A stretch of 64,000 bases of DNA from Meyerozyma guilliermondii (GCA_051546255.1 CP128815.1:1054001-1118000), one strand, 5' to 3'; positions 21,109 through 32,189 are shown, counted from the first letter of the stretch. A program made the numbers and translations. The notes: generated from the sequence alone by a model not told the origin.

Positions 21109-21164
21109 TAACATTCTGCCTAGCAGTATATATCATACATGTAAATAGACTCAAGACAACTTTT

Positions 21165-23186
21165 TTAACGAATCCGTTGCCGTTTATTTCTTTCATCGTT
21201 ATTCGTAGAATCAAGAGAGCTTTTCTCGTTCTTCTTGGCCAACTGCTCCATTTTCAATTCTATCGGCCTTTTCACCCTCTCCGTTTCAGCCTCTGCACCT
21301 TCGTTATGATATTCCTCATCCTGAACTTTGATCAATTGACTCCAGTCGTACTTTTTTCTCAAGAAAAGTTCCATCGACCAATTCTTCCAAACTAGGCGAC
21401 CATAGGTGCTTTCCTTCACCTTATGAGACTCAGCCTTCATTTCAGTTGCAAACCGTTCCTTATACATTTTCATCAAGACTGTGAATGACCAAAGCTTGTC
21501 GACTATGTGTGACCCATAAGCGTTACATGCCAAGCTGACGATACTACCTTGGAAGACATTTAGTAAGCGCTTCCTCAAAATATTAACTTCTTTTGACTCA
21601 CCAATGGAAGCAGGAATAACTGCCAATGCATGCTCCACGACGTGAGAGAATACACCATGAAAGCACATTTGCAAGAACCGTTCTTTTGGCATGGCAAGAA
21701 AACTGGTCCACACCGCCAACAAGAACGAAGTATCGTAGTCAAGCAATTTTTCAAGAAACAATGCGTTTCTGCGTTCTTCAGCAGTAGGCCAGTCATCTCT
21801 GGTGTTGCCCAAAGTAGACAGCGAAAGAAGGAGGGTGTTTTCCAATAAGTCATAATTGTCGTTTTGCGAAGGATTTTTGGGGTTAAAGTTGGGAGCAAAC
21901 TTTGAAAGAAGTTGGCTAATAATGTCATCTCGTCTATAGTTGGAGCGAGAGATGGAGGCATCAATAACTGATCTTCCAAGATCAATATTTTGATTATCCA
22001 CAATCGACACAAGATTTGAAAGTTCGGGAATGACTTCATCTAAAATGAACTCCACCTCATTAGGTCTGAGTTTAAACATGAGTGCTTGAACGATGTAGAC
22101 ACCGGTAGTAGACCGCCTTGCTAGCTTCATTATACGATCCTTCATGTAGAGCTTGTACAAACGTTCAATGTACTTTGGTCTCGCACCTCCATTTTTGATT
22201 ATAGACTCGAAGAAGTGTGATCCAACCGAGTCCGATAAGAGATGTTCAACGAATGCTTCTTCTTGAGGATCCTCGGAATTCAGTTCGGGGAGAAACACCA
22301 AATGCCAAACACTACGTTCTTTATCCACTAGACCTTCTACTTGAATCACAAGCTGTATAACTGGGGAAGCGATTTTGTGAATGGAAAGCTCGCGCATTTC
22401 TTTCATGGTCTTATTCTCGCTGATGCATTTACACACCTTTTTGAGTTCATCTTTGAACGATGGGGGTGTTTCGAACGAGCGGTCGAAATCTTCGTTGTCT
22501 TTAATTTCGATCATCTTACGAGCAATTTTTGACTTTTTGGATCTCAAGGTAGAGTTAGCAGTCAATGCAGATGGAAGTTTTTTACTGGCCAAGATGAGAA
22601 TGAGTAGCCGGAGTACGTGAGATGCATATTGGTGAGTGATCATCTCATTTATGTGAGGATAAAACTCCTGCATCATCGTGATGAAGAGGTGCTCCACAGT
22701 AACCTCTTGGTCAGCAGCATCTTCTGCACTTCTGGCCAATTCCTTTTCAACAAGACCTGCTATTCTCACTAGCAAAGTCTCTAACACATGTGAAGAGTAC
22801 TTGTGGTGTGCAAGAGATACAAAATGATTGCTGAACAGCTTAAATATTGATATGAGTTGTTGATCACCACCGAAGAGGATAATTCTTTCCATCAATTTTG
22901 AACAGATCTGGTTCGTCACAAGCTTCAATTCCTTGCCACTTGCCTCATCAAGCACAGAGTTTATGAAGGCATCTCTTTCTTCCGTAGATTCAAAGCTCGT
23001 AACGTTTAAAGTCGATTCGGCCAGCTTGAAATATTCGATTTCACTAGCATCTACAAGTCCAAAAAAAGGAGTTGTCAAGTTGCTAGTTGGCTCAGAGATT
23101 TGCTCATCCTCCACAAGATCTTCTTGTCTTTTGGCTTCGCGGGTCTCCCTGTTAGGGGCACGTCTTCCTCTTACTTTAGGGCCCAT
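21165..23186 (-). CDS. NOP9: Nucleolar PUF-like protein Nop9
   Basis: PFFGLVD, SKLMER, YSSHVLETL, NAYGSHIVDK, YGRLVWKNW. ATG at 23186 chosen because PAC/RRPE motifs lie just upstream. Confidence 0.92.
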   Translation of the reverse strand: MGPKVRGRRAPNRETREAKRQEDLVEDEQISEPTSNLTTPFFGLVDASEIEYFKLAESTLNVTSFESTEERDAFINSVLDEASGKELKLVTNQICSKLMERIILFGGDQQLISIFKLFSNHFVSLAHHKYSSHVLETLLVRIAGLVEKELARSAEDAADQEVTVEHLFITMMQEFYPHINEMITHQYASHVLRLLILILASKKLPSALTANSTLRSKKSKIARKMIEIKDNEDFDRSFETPPSFKDELKKVCKCISENKTMKEMRELSIHKIASPVIQLVIQVEGLVDKERSVWHLVFLPELNSEDPQEEAFVEHLLSDSVGSHFFESIIKNGGARPKYIERLYKLYMKDRIMKLARRSTTGVYIVQALMFKLRPNEVEFILDEVIPELSNLVSIVDNQNIDLGRSVIDASISRSNYRRDDIISQLLSKFAPNFNPKNPSQNDNYDLLENTLLLSLSTLGNTRDDWPTAEERRNALFLEKLLDYDTSFLLAVWTSFLAMPKERFLQMCFHGVFSHVVEHALAVIPASIGESKEVNILRKRLLNVFQGSIVSLACNAYGSHIVDKLWSFTVLMKMYKERFATEMKAESHKVKESTYGRLVWKNWSMELFLRKKYDWSQLIKVQDEEYHNEGAEAETERVKRPIELKMEQLAKKNEKSSLDSTNNDERNKRQRIR

Positions 23187-23199
23187 ACTTGTTATCAGG

Positions 23200-23228
23200 A
23201 AATTTTCAGGTGATGAGGATACGATGAG
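23200..23228 (-). promoter_or_regulatory. RRPE plus two PAC cores upstream of NOP9
   Basis: AAATTTTCA at 23200-23208; GATGAG at 23212 and 23223. Confidence 0.7.
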
Positions 23229-23278
23229 GTCCTGCATAAAACAGCGAGGTTGCAGCATTTATGATGGGTGCAATTATA

Positions 23279-24457
23279 TTAGAAGGCCAAACTTGACAGT
23301 GTTCCGGTTCCTTCCAATTGGTCCAAGTAGCGACACTTTCTAAGAGGATCAATCTCTGTTAATGACTGAAGCATTTTCCGCGACATATCGTCTAGAGCAC
23401 CAATTTCGGACGTTTCTTCACGGATCAAACTCTTAATGAGAAGAATGCAGCGTAAGCACCAACGATGGTCCCAGCCCTTGGGATGATCCTCGCGTTCGAG
23501 TTCATTAAGCTCTTCCACTATTGCGAGTTGTGCATTGAGAACATCAAGGTAACATGTTGGTGAGACTTTACGTAAATCATCGACGAAAAAAGGGTTCGTC
23601 AAGAGCCATTGTAGATAGAGCCAGATCGAGGTATCGTCAGAATCCATGAACATGCCAGTTTTGACCAACTCTAGCTCATGTTGCAAAATTGTCTGCGGTC
23701 TGGCAAACACATGTCTGACATCAGCGTGATCATTGGTAGTATCGAGCTCACCAAATAAGTCATAAATCTTAGGAATCAATTTGGTGCGATTGTGCCATGC
23801 TGAAAAATTGGAAATGTTCTTGTTGATTTTGGAGGTGGTGAATTTATACTCTTCGATGTTTATCCGAAGAAGAGCCCTCGCCTCCTTCTGTCCCAGATTA
23901 CTGGACTCGCTAGATTCGAGCAAGGTATCTTCTTCCATATTATTGATGACGAAGCGTCGGTACTGCCAGCAGTGGTAATTGCGACTATCAAGGTCAAGAA
24001 ATTTGGACACTATTGCCAACTCCACATTCCAATTAGCCTCTCTTGTCTGCTGTAACTGGTCCAAGCACCAAATCCTATGGTTCCAGATCCAGTAACATTT
24101 GGGGTACCGCTTCAATAATGCCACTATCAACTTCAAATCGTCTTCCAAAGTATCCTTCTTCTTGATCTTTTCGGCATCCACCAAAGCCACGATAATATCA
24201 CGCCGGTAGTTCCATATCGTATAGAACTCGGGGTTTTTCAATAACAAGTCTGTGGTAGCCTGTAACGTTGCAATATCACGAACATCCTTATCTTTCTTGT
24301 CCAATAGGTCTTTACAAAGAGCACGATAATTGGCAATTTTCAGTTTATCTCTTTGAATCTTTTCCTTACGAGCCTGTTCTGAGAGGCTGATACGCTTGAC
24401 TCCGTGTTGCTACGTTAGTATTTTTGAGCATTTTGGGTGAGCTGAATGACTTACCAT
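23279..24457 (-). CDS. BET4: Rab geranylgeranyltransferase alpha subunit (exon 1 is the ATG at 24455-24457; exon 2 is 24409-23279)
   Basis: Spliced start MQHGVKRISLS; PFTA repeats NPEFYTIWNYRR, PKCYWIWNHR, DSRNYHCWQYRR, NISNFSAWHNR; C-terminal IDPLR. Confidence 0.93.
24410..24454 (-). other. Spliceosomal intron, 45 nt, directly after the BET4 start codon
   Basis: Minus strand ATG|GTAAGT...TACTAAC-GTAG|CAACAC. Confidence 0.92.
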
Positions 24458-24511
24458 TTTAAAGTTTAAATTAGATCAATCTCAATTTTGCGCGAAAGCG
24501 TGAATTTATAT

Positions 24512-25129
24512 ATGACAGACGTTCCCAAGTTGGCACTAAAAGGATCGTCCAAGGTGGTTGCAGACTACTTTGAGTTCGCCATAAACAGCATCTTGTTCCA
24601 GCGGGGTATATATCCTCCAGAGGACTTCAAAACTGTCCGCAAATACGATTTACCATTATTGATAACTGCTGACGATGAGGTCCAAGACTATATAAACAAG
24701 ATTATGACCCATGTGAAAAAATGGCTATATGGCAAGAAACTCTTGAAATTGGTGGTTGTTCTCGTAGCCAAGTCCACGGCGGACGTAGTTGAAAGATGGG
24801 AATTCAATCTTCAAATTCTCGAGTCTGAAAATGTGAAAGTTAGTAAACCCAAAGAAGACATACTGAAGGAAATACAGGCAATTATACGTCAAATTACTAC
24901 CCTGGTTTCATATCTCCCGGTGTTGAAGAATGACGATTATACATTCAATGTGCTAGTCTACACTGATCCCAATCATGATACCAGAACCATTCCAAGAGAG
25001 TGGTGCGACACCGAAGGAGATGGACGTTACGTTCTTGGCGACAGCGTTGAGTCTGTCAAATTCAAGTCATTTAGCACCGATATTCACCAAGTAGGTACCC
25101 TGGTGAGCTATAAGTTACAGGACAGTTGA
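24512..25129 (+). CDS. MAD2: Spindle checkpoint HORMA protein Mad2
   Basis: [46 protein letters not shown](S)VSYLP. Confidence 0.95.
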   Translation: MTDVPKLALKGSSKVVADYFEFAINSILFQRGIYPPEDFKTVRKYDLPLLITADDEVQDYINKIMTHVKKWLYGKKLLKLVVVLVAKSTADVVERWEFNLQILESENVKVSKPKEDILKEIQAIIRQITTLVSYLPVLKNDDYTFNVLVYTDPNHDTRTIPREWCDTEGDGRYVLGDSVESVKFKSFSTDIHQVGTLVSYKLQDS

Positions 25130-26266
25130 GCTGGGAGGAGCTTTTGAGTCGGTTGTTGCAAGCGGACTTGCAAGCTCTGCGCGAGTCTCAGTTTCGAACC
25201 GTCGCCTTTTATTGCCCAACATGAATCGGGCTGAGCCCTTGATGCTGGTGTTGTAGTCCCATACCTGGAGATATTCATCTTGTTTGAGTAGTGCTGCAGA
25301 ACTGCAAGACCGTTCAGATAGCACCTTGAGGTCGTTGAACTTGGACTTCAAGTTCATGAACTTGAAGATTTGTTCCTTGCCGGTCTCAGCATCGATGGGA
25401 GGCATGAACTCGTTGAGTATAGAAAAGTTCATCTGATGCACATAGTAGTCTAGAATGTAAATGATAGCTTCGTTCACCAATGTCTCTGGACATTTGAAAT
25501 CGCCATAACAGTCTATCAGCTCCAATATTTTGCTGAGGTATTCTGTTTCATGCTCTGGCGACGTAAACTTGGTCATCAACTCCCTGGGCCGTAAATTGAG
25601 CGTCACTATGACAATTGCCATGGCCATGCAGTGGGGTGGAATCATGAGGCATGATGGAGTCGACATGATATCAAAACTTATGAGCCAGCAATGGAACGTG
25701 AGCTTGTAATCAATGTCTAATTGTTTGCAAAAAATCACCACGAGTTGGTCAATCGATGGAATGCTAGAACCATTTATAAAATCAAACTTGATAGTTTGAA
25801 GAAGCTTATATTCGATGCCCATGATGGCTTTTCGTTGTGCATCATTATAAGGGACGGCAGCATCATTTATGACTATTTTGCGGGTCTCGTCAATTTCTCG
25901 GAGCTTATTTGCTACGGCTTGAATATCTCTGAGTTTTTTGATGCAATCTTCGTTCTTCGAAGCCAAAAATAATGATGTCAATGCAACGGTGAAGGGGTCT
26001 TTTTCCAAATCTTCGTTTTCAAAATCGTTCATTTCTTGGAACATGTTGAACAAATAAAATCGCTGGAAGTAGTTCATGGCGGTGCTAAGTACACGAAGTG
26101 GAAACTTTAACTGTCTAACGACCTGAAAAAGGAACTGAAAAACCTGATGTTTCCTCTGGTTATAAACTAGTTTTTTCTGGTCTGGAATAGTCAACGAGTG
26201 TAGATACGAAAGTTCTGCCGGGGCAAAGAACGGCCTCGAGATCTGGAGGACTGATGGTTCAGGCAT
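25115..26266 (-). CDS. CTK2: Cyclin subunit of CTDK-I (cyclin K-like)
   Basis: Cyclin box [22 protein letters not shown]...[17 protein letters not shown]. Confidence 0.85.
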   Translation of the reverse strand: MPEPSVLQISRPFFAPAELSYLHSLTIPDQKKLVYNQRKHQVFQFLFQVVRQLKFPLRVLSTAMNYFQRFYLFNMFQEMNDFENEDLEKDPFTVALTSLFLASKNEDCIKKLRDIQAVANKLREIDETRKIVINDAAVPYNDAQRKAIMGIEYKLLQTIKFDFINGSSIPSIDQLVVIFCKQLDIDYKLTFHCWLISFDIMSTPSCLMIPPHCMAMAIVIVTLNLRPRELMTKFTSPEHETEYLSKILELIDCYGDFKCPETLVNEAIIYILDYYVHQMNFSILNEFMPPIDAETGKEQIFKFMNLKSKFNDLKVLSERSCSSAALLKQDEYLQVWDYNTSIKGSARFMLGNKRRRFETETRAELASPLATTDSKAPPSSTVL

Positions 26267-26391
26267 GTTGCGATAGAAATAGAGAAAGGAAAGATATTGA
26301 GTTTGGTGTTGGTGTGTGGATGTGGCATAGTATTTCTATGTAGGGGGATACAAGATGCCGATTTATCATGTAATTGTTATAGCTAAAACTC

Positions 26392-27240
26392 TTACGAGGA
26401 GAAAGACAAGGAGAAACCCAACTTGTGGACAGGCTCAGCCAACTTGAGGGCGTCGAAAGAAGCACCCAAGCCCAAGGTGACACCTGGTCTCAAGAGTTGA
26501 GAGTAAGACAAAGCAGCCAAACCAGAGTCAGCAATCTTGGCCTTGACAAACGCGGTGGAGTCCAACTTGTACTTGGTGGCGAATTCCACGTTAACGGCGG
26601 AAGACTTGACAGAGTCCCAGGTGGCCTTAGCACCAGCTTCCACAAGAGGAGAGACCTTGTGGTAGTAAGAAGCGGTGAACACAGACAAGTTGGAGGTGGC
26701 GGTGGCAGCCACGTTGTAAAGAGGGTGAGCGTAACCGACACCAACGGAGTACTTGTTGACGGTGGCGTCGTTGATGTCGTAACCCAACTCAGCACCGGCG
26801 GTGAAACCATCGTGAGCCACAGCCAAGTCAGCGGTAGCAATTGGACCCTTCAACAAGTCGAAGAACAAACGAGCATTGACTTGGTTCTGTTGGTAGAAAA
26901 AGTTCAATTTAGCGTTTCTGGCGCCATTGGGGACCACAGAGGTCACCAATTCTCCCTTAAGTCCGGGAGTCAACAACTCAGACAACTCAATCTTGGTGTC
27001 CAAGGCATTGGCATTGTTCCACGCCTGAGTCAAAGTCAAGCCGGTAGACTTGTCAGCGTATTTGGCTTCGACGGAAGCGGCGATGGCATTGGCAGAGTTG
27101 GTCTTTCCCTTAACGGTGAAACCGACGCCATTTGGAGCCACAGTCTTCACATCAATGGCTGCGGGAGCCAAGTGGAAGAAGTCACGGGTCAACAAGTCGT
27201 TGGAAGACTTTTGGATGTCAGAGAATGCTGGTGGTGCCAT
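26392..27240 (-). CDS. POR1: Mitochondrial outer membrane porin (VDAC)
   Basis: MAPPAFSDI..DLL..DFFH start, LRPGVTLGLGASFD..HKLG end; strongly biased codon usage. Confidence 0.96.
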   Translation of the reverse strand: MAPPAFSDIQKSSNDLLTRDFFHLAPAAIDVKTVAPNGVGFTVKGKTNSANAIAASVEAKYADKSTGLTLTQAWNNANALDTKIELSELLTPGLKGELVTSVVPNGARNAKLNFFYQQNQVNARLFFDLLKGPIATADLAVAHDGFTAGAELGYDINDATVNKYSVGVGYAHPLYNVAATATSNLSVFTASYYHKVSPLVEAGAKATWDSVKSSAVNVEFATKYKLDSTAFVKAKIADSGLAALSYSQLLRPGVTLGLGASFDALKLAEPVHKLGFSLSFSS

Positions 27241-27616
27241 TTGTTGTGATTTATGATTTGTGGGGAGGTGCCGGCGCGGGTGTATTTATTGTTGGGGGAC
27301 GCCCGCCGGGTAACGCACACGAGGCTGGTGTTGGGGTGTGTGGCGAAAATTCCCGTTCCGACTGCGGGTTCCATTGGTCGGAATCATTTGTTGCGATTCG
27401 GGGTCCCGCGGTGGATGGAGGTTGCCTGTGCGATTATTTTCTCACATTTTCAACTTTGTTTTTCTCGCTTTGCACCTCACTTGTGGTGGCCCGTTGGTGA
27501 GCCATTCTGCAGGATCCCACGGTACACCATTCGGTGCGAGCGGTCCCCACTATTCGGGCTTTAGTCACGAACAAGCGATCAGTCAAGTGGGGTTGAGGGT
27601 GTCAGTTTTTTTGATT

Positions 27617-27624
27617 TGACGTCA
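27617..27624. promoter_or_regulatory. CRE palindrome (candidate ATF/CREB-type bZIP site) in the POR1/macrodomain divergent spacer
   Basis: TGACGTCA, 14 nt upstream of the ATG at 27639. Confidence 0.4.
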
Positions 27625-27638
27625 CGCAAACGTACCGA

Positions 27639-28373
27639 ATGGTATCTATCGTATTTGTCAGTACCGATGCCGTTTGGTGCCAGTTTATTCGCAGTCATCT
27701 TCCGCCGCAACTTTTCTCGGTTTCTGTAAAAAATGCCCCAATAGATAAGGTGTTGCAGCAATGTAGTATAAATCGTCCTTCGGCCGTAGTGACGCCCGCT
27801 AACTCCTTGGGGTATATGGGGGGTGGTTTTGATCGGCTGATACTCGAATGTATTAACAACAAGAACTTGGAACAAAAGATTCAAGAATTGCTCGCCGAAT
27901 CGCACCGTGGATACTTACCGATTTCTAGTGCCAAAATCGTGGATTTGGCCCATTTGGTGCTGGGTCCGCTGTTCGACTTTCTCATATCTGCACCATCAAT
28001 GACAGTACCAGAACCAATTGCTCCCAACCACGCAAAACAACTAATCTTCGATACTATTTGGAACGTTTTAGTGGCTGCGAAAAATGCACCTCGCACCATC
28101 TCCACACTAATTATCCCTGCATTTGGAACCAATTGGGGCCAGGTCCACCCCCATGTATCTGCTGCATCCACATTGGCAGCTACAGCCATATTCCATTGGC
28201 CCTTGAATGACATGGCGTCGAGACAAAGTGGGCTTTTAAGAAGCTCGCTCGCACTAATGTACTTGGAAAAGGACATTACCAAATTTGGTATTCCAGACCA
28301 TGTGAAGGAATTAGGGGAATCGTGCCAACTTTCCCAAGCTGTGCCGTTAAGAGAGTGGCTTTGCACGTTATGA
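27639..28373 (+). CDS. Macrodomain protein (ADP-ribose-1''-phosphate phosphatase-like, YMR087W-like)
   Basis: VVTPANSLGYMGGGFD macro loop, APSMTVP, IIPAFGTNWG. Confidence 0.85.
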   Translation: MVSIVFVSTDAVWCQFIRSHLPPQLFSVSVKNAPIDKVLQQCSINRPSAVVTPANSLGYMGGGFDRLILECINNKNLEQKIQELLAESHRGYLPISSAKIVDLAHLVLGPLFDFLISAPSMTVPEPIAPNHAKQLIFDTIWNVLVAAKNAPRTISTLIIPAFGTNWGQVHPHVSAASTLAATAIFHWPLNDMASRQSGLLRSSLALMYLEKDITKFGIPDHVKELGESCQLSQAVPLREWLCTL

Positions 28374-28499
28374 GCAACACATCTATTTTGTGTCTACCGC
28401 ATTTCCTCTCTTTACCACCTCTCATTAGCATCTCAGCGCGCGCACTGATTTGACTGCTTTTACTGATTTGTACTGATTCGCACTTATACCAGAGTGCCC

Positions 28500-29003
28500 A
28501 TGTACCAGAAATACACCTTGGGGTTCATACGATGTCCAGAAACAAATCAGGTACTTCTCTTGAATAGAGAAAAACTGCCATGGATGGGTAGATGGAACGG
28601 GGTGGGTGGAAAATTAGATGCTGATGAGACTCCATTGCAATGTATAATCCGAGAGACTTTAGAAGAAACTGGTTTGAACGTAGATTCATATATAGATAGA
28701 GGTGTTTTATTGTGGAACGTTGATGGTGAGGATAAAGGTGGAGTGCATTTATTCACTGCTGACATTTCCCGGCAGCAATTGGAAAAATACCCAACTCCAA
28801 TTCGTTACTGCCATGAAGGTGTTCTTGACTGGAAAAACTTGGATTGGGTGTTACACGAGGAAAATACGGGAGTGGTGGATAATATTAAGATTATGTTCCG
28901 AGACGTATTTGATGCTCAACTGCAAGCTGTGTTCACATCTAAATACTCAAATAATTTTCTCATCAGCTTTGTCTACTACCCGCAGGGACAGTTAATAAAA
29001 TAA
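28500..29003 (+). CDS. Nudix hydrolase, MutT-like
   Basis: Nudix box GGKLDADETPLQCIIRETLEETGL; ATG at 28500. Confidence 0.9.
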   Translation: MYQKYTLGFIRCPETNQVLLLNREKLPWMGRWNGVGGKLDADETPLQCIIRETLEETGLNVDSYIDRGVLLWNVDGEDKGGVHLFTADISRQQLEKYPTPIRYCHEGVLDWKNLDWVLHEENTGVVDNIKIMFRDVFDAQLQAVFTSKYSNNFLISFVYYPQGQLIK

Positions 29004-29057
29004 TCCCGAAAATAAAGTAGCCTACATCTGTAACAAACATGCTATACTTTATTATCG

Positions 29058-31430
29058 TTACGTGGTCCACAACCGAGCGGTTCCGTCGGCTCCCGCTGTG
29101 AACAACCATGCTTCCTTAGGGTGCCATACCAAGTCCAACACTCCCAAACTATGAACAACTTTATGTCCCGTCAATTTTTTCAATGGAACCAATAATGGGT
29201 TCGTCATTAAGTCGTCGTAGACTGTGCCATGGAATACATGGACGCTGCCATCGTCGGAAGCTGATGCAAACAAGGGTAAGCGTCCCTTGTGGAACTTGAT
29301 GTTTCTAACGGCTTTTTCGTGATACCTTAATGTCTTATATGGGGTATTAGACAAGTCCAAATCGTGCCACAAGACTCGCTTGTCGTAGGAAGAAGCCAAG
29401 AGATGATCACCACGAGGATGGATATCAATTCCCGATAAATAACGGGCACCAGGCATCAACTTTTTGGTCAAAACTTGCTGAGACAAGTCGTAGATCTTGA
29501 TACTTCTTTGCGAAGCCACGAAAAGTTGAGGCTTAAATGGGTGGAATTTGGCATCGACGATAATACCTTTGGACTTGCGGAAAGGAGATTGTGACAAGTG
29601 CTTGGAAAGTTGGTGAATTAACACCGAAGTGTTTCCACTATCGGGAGATACAGTGACAAAATAATCTCCCTTACGATGCCACGACAAGTTTTTAACAGCC
29701 TTTCTGCACTGTATAATTGCAGCAATACCTTGTTGAGATTGACCTTCCATTGGTGTCAACCATTTGGTGACTTCTTTCTTCACCTCATTCGCACCACTCT
29801 CATTATCCTCTTCTCCATTAACATTGAGATCTCCTCGCTTATTCTTGTTACCATAAGTATCGTAACCCCATCCTACTTCAATCTTCAGTCTTCCAGCGTT
29901 CTCAATTTCGTATCCCAAAATTGTAGGTACCAACAAGTATACCGACTCACCAGCAGCCACAGCTAATATACCAACACTGGCATCTGGATTCCATTCTAAG
30001 CTATCAATGTTGTCGTCATCTTTCTTCTTGTCAACGACATCACAATGGTAAACTTGTCTTCCCGTAAGAATCTCCCACACTCTGACTGTACCGTCGTCTC
30101 CTCCAGTAGCGAGCCACAATCCCAGTGGATCAATGGACAACGTTCTCACTCTGCCAATATGGCCCTGGAATATAGTTGAGCATTTGATAGGGAAAGGACG
30201 CAAATCTTTGGGAGATGGTAAATCTGGAATCAATGAATCGGGGTCAATGTTCAACTTGTTGTGACGAACTCTAGGAGCCAAGTATAAGTCCAAACTTCTT
30301 TCGAATCTTTCTCTCAAATTCTCCTGGTATGCTGGAACTTTACGGAGAGATCCATACTTTTGTGGAATAAAGTTTGTCTCTCTCTCAGAAGGATCGGTTT
30401 CTTCCCATTTCTTTCTTTCCTCTTCTGTCATAAGATACTCTTCTGGTGGGTTATACGACTCCTCGTTAGTGGGTGGAGGAAGTTTGGGAGCTCTCAAGTT
30501 CATGATATGTTCATTGGGTTCATCGGTGTTGTCGTCCCACAAGTCGAAATTGTACTGTTCTTCATCTTGTTGTTCTTTTCGCTTCTCAGGTGGAACAATT
30601 CTACCGTCTCTTATAGCCCTTACAATTTTCATGATACGCTTAGCCTCATGTTTCGAAGGAACAAAACGTCTTTTAGGCTCAGGGACTGCTGTGAGAGGCA
30701 TGACTTCGGTCTTAGACGTAAACCACTCGATGGTGGGTTCGTATGGATTGATATTATCGTCGGTGTTTTCGTTGTGTTGAATCTTACGAATCAACTCCAA
30801 CTCTTCGTCGGTAAGTTTCAACGAAGAGCCAGTGTTCTGGTCGAGAAGTCCTGTCCAGCCTTCAGGAAGGTCAATGGACTCCAACAACTGGTCCAAGGCT
30901 GAACCCTTAGCAGGTCTCATGATCCTCTTACCATTGATATCGTACCCAATGTGGGGCATTTCCTCATAGGCAGACAAGGGAATATTTCCAATGGTATTGA
31001 AGTTTTCGTGATCACTGTCGTCGCTGTCGTAAACAGGTTCTATTTCCGGTTTTATTATACGTTCGGTTCCATCTGCAAATAATCCATGAACGTTTTCATT
31101 CGAACTCTGCGATGAGGTCCTGATACGAACATTGGTCAATTTGTCAGTTATGCTATTCGAGTCGTCTTGAAGCTCGTCCGAGAAGTCCTCCGAGTCCACG
31201 TCGCTAACGTCTTCTTCTTCTCCAATCAAATTGTTGAGTTCCTCGTCGGAATCGGCGTCAGAATTCTCAAATACTTGGTCTTCGCTCTCAACTTCATCCT
31301 CAGAATCTTCGCTGGCTTCGTCATCTATGAGTCCTTGCACGTCAATTTCTTCTGACTCCGAAACCTCCGGTGACTCATCTTGTCTTTTCCGCTTTATTTT
31401 CGAACCAGTAACGGTGTTTTTCTTCGCCAT
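29058..31430 (-). CDS. ERB1: Ribosome biogenesis WD40 protein Erb1/Bop1
   Basis: [59 protein letters not shown]-terminal WD40 repeats. Confidence 0.97.
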   Translation of the reverse strand: MAKKNTVTGSKIKRKRQDESPEVSESEEIDVQGLIDDEASEDSEDEVESEDQVFENSDADSDEELNNLIGEEEDVSDVDSEDFSDELQDDSNSITDKLTNVRIRTSSQSSNENVHGLFADGTERIIKPEIEPVYDSDDSDHENFNTIGNIPLSAYEEMPHIGYDINGKRIMRPAKGSALDQLLESIDLPEGWTGLLDQNTGSSLKLTDEELELIRKIQHNENTDDNINPYEPTIEWFTSKTEVMPLTAVPEPKRRFVPSKHEAKRIMKIVRAIRDGRIVPPEKRKEQQDEEQYNFDLWDDNTDEPNEHIMNLRAPKLPPPTNEESYNPPEEYLMTEEERKKWEETDPSERETNFIPQKYGSLRKVPAYQENLRERFERSLDLYLAPRVRHNKLNIDPDSLIPDLPSPKDLRPFPIKCSTIFQGHIGRVRTLSIDPLGLWLATGGDDGTVRVWEILTGRQVYHCDVVDKKKDDDNIDSLEWNPDASVGILAVAAGESVYLLVPTILGYEIENAGRLKIEVGWGYDTYGNKNKRGDLNVNGEEDNESGANEVKKEVTKWLTPMEGQSQQGIAAIIQCRKAVKNLSWHRKGDYFVTVSPDSGNTSVLIHQLSKHLSQSPFRKSKGIIVDAKFHPFKPQLFVASQRSIKIYDLSQQVLTKKLMPGARYLSGIDIHPRGDHLLASSYDKRVLWHDLDLSNTPYKTLRYHEKAVRNIKFHKGRLPLFASASDDGSVHVFHGTVYDDLMTNPLLVPLKKLTGHKVVHSLGVLDLVWHPKEAWLFTAGADGTARLWTT

Positions 31431-31459
31431 GGCACAGTGCTGATTATGGTCGCTGCGAC

Positions 31460-31478
31460 CTCATCGCGATTTTTTTCA
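31460..31478 (-). promoter_or_regulatory. PAC plus RRPE-like element upstream of ERB1
   Basis: CTCATCGC (GCGATGAG) at 31460-31467, followed by TTTTTTTCA. Confidence 0.75.
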
Positions 31479-31544
31479 TGGCATCGTTCCTGCAGAAAAC
31501 ACAGAGATGCCCCAGAGTTCAATACAAGAGGTGATTGATAGGCC

Positions 31545-32189
31545 ATGGCAGCAATTCAAAAAATAATCGACATAAATAAGCGCGAGCTTGAAGCCAATGT
31601 CAGTGACTCGGCTTCGTGGCATGCAGATTATCGTGACACATCGTATATTTATGTGGGGTACCTTCCGCTTGAGCTCGAAGAGAAAGATATCGTAGCCATA
31701 TTCTCTCAGTATGGCAATCCTACACACATAAACTTGGTACGAGATCGAGAAACTGGAAAGTCGAGGGGTTTCTGCTACTTGAAATATGAAGATGTAAGAT
31801 CTTGTGTGTTAGCAATTGACAATTTCAACGGAGTGCAGTTATTGAACAAGAGAATAAAAGTGGACCATGTATACTATAAGCTTCGAGAAGGACAAAACGA
31901 GGACGATTTCTTGGTCCATTACGATACGGTGAAGGAAATTGAACCAGAAAATGACATAAAGTTACTAGAGTATAAAGATACGAATAACGTTGAAGATGCG
32001 GACGACGAGTTTAAAGATCCAATGGAGGCGTACATTGCAGAAAGGAAACAAACCGAGAAGAAACGAGAGAGACACCGACATAGAGACAGAAGTAAGCACA
32101 GTTACAGAAAGATAAATGAAGACACTCACAGAAAACATGAAGACAGACAAGAAAATCGAAAACGTTCACGAAGCCCCAGTCCTCATTAG
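31545..32189 (+). CDS. IST3: RES complex / U2 snRNP RRM protein Ist3 (Snu17)
   Basis: SWHADYRDTSYIYVG, RDRETGKSRGFCYLKYED.RSCVLAIDNFNG. Confidence 0.92.
   Translation: MAAIQKIIDINKRELEANVSDSASWHADYRDTSYIYVGYLPLELEEKDIVAIFSQYGNPTHINLVRDRETGKSRGFCYLKYEDVRSCVLAIDNFNGVQLLNKRIKVDHVYYKLREGQNEDDFLVHYDTVKEIEPENDIKLLEYKDTNNVEDADDEFKDPMEAYIAERKQTEKKRERHRHRDRSKHSYRKINEDTHRKHEDRQENRKRSRSPSPH

Noticed and set aside
26425..27249. 274-aa plus-strand ORF antisense to POR1
   Set aside because: Codon-aligned mirror of a highly biased gene; such bias removes antisense stops. No protein family features.
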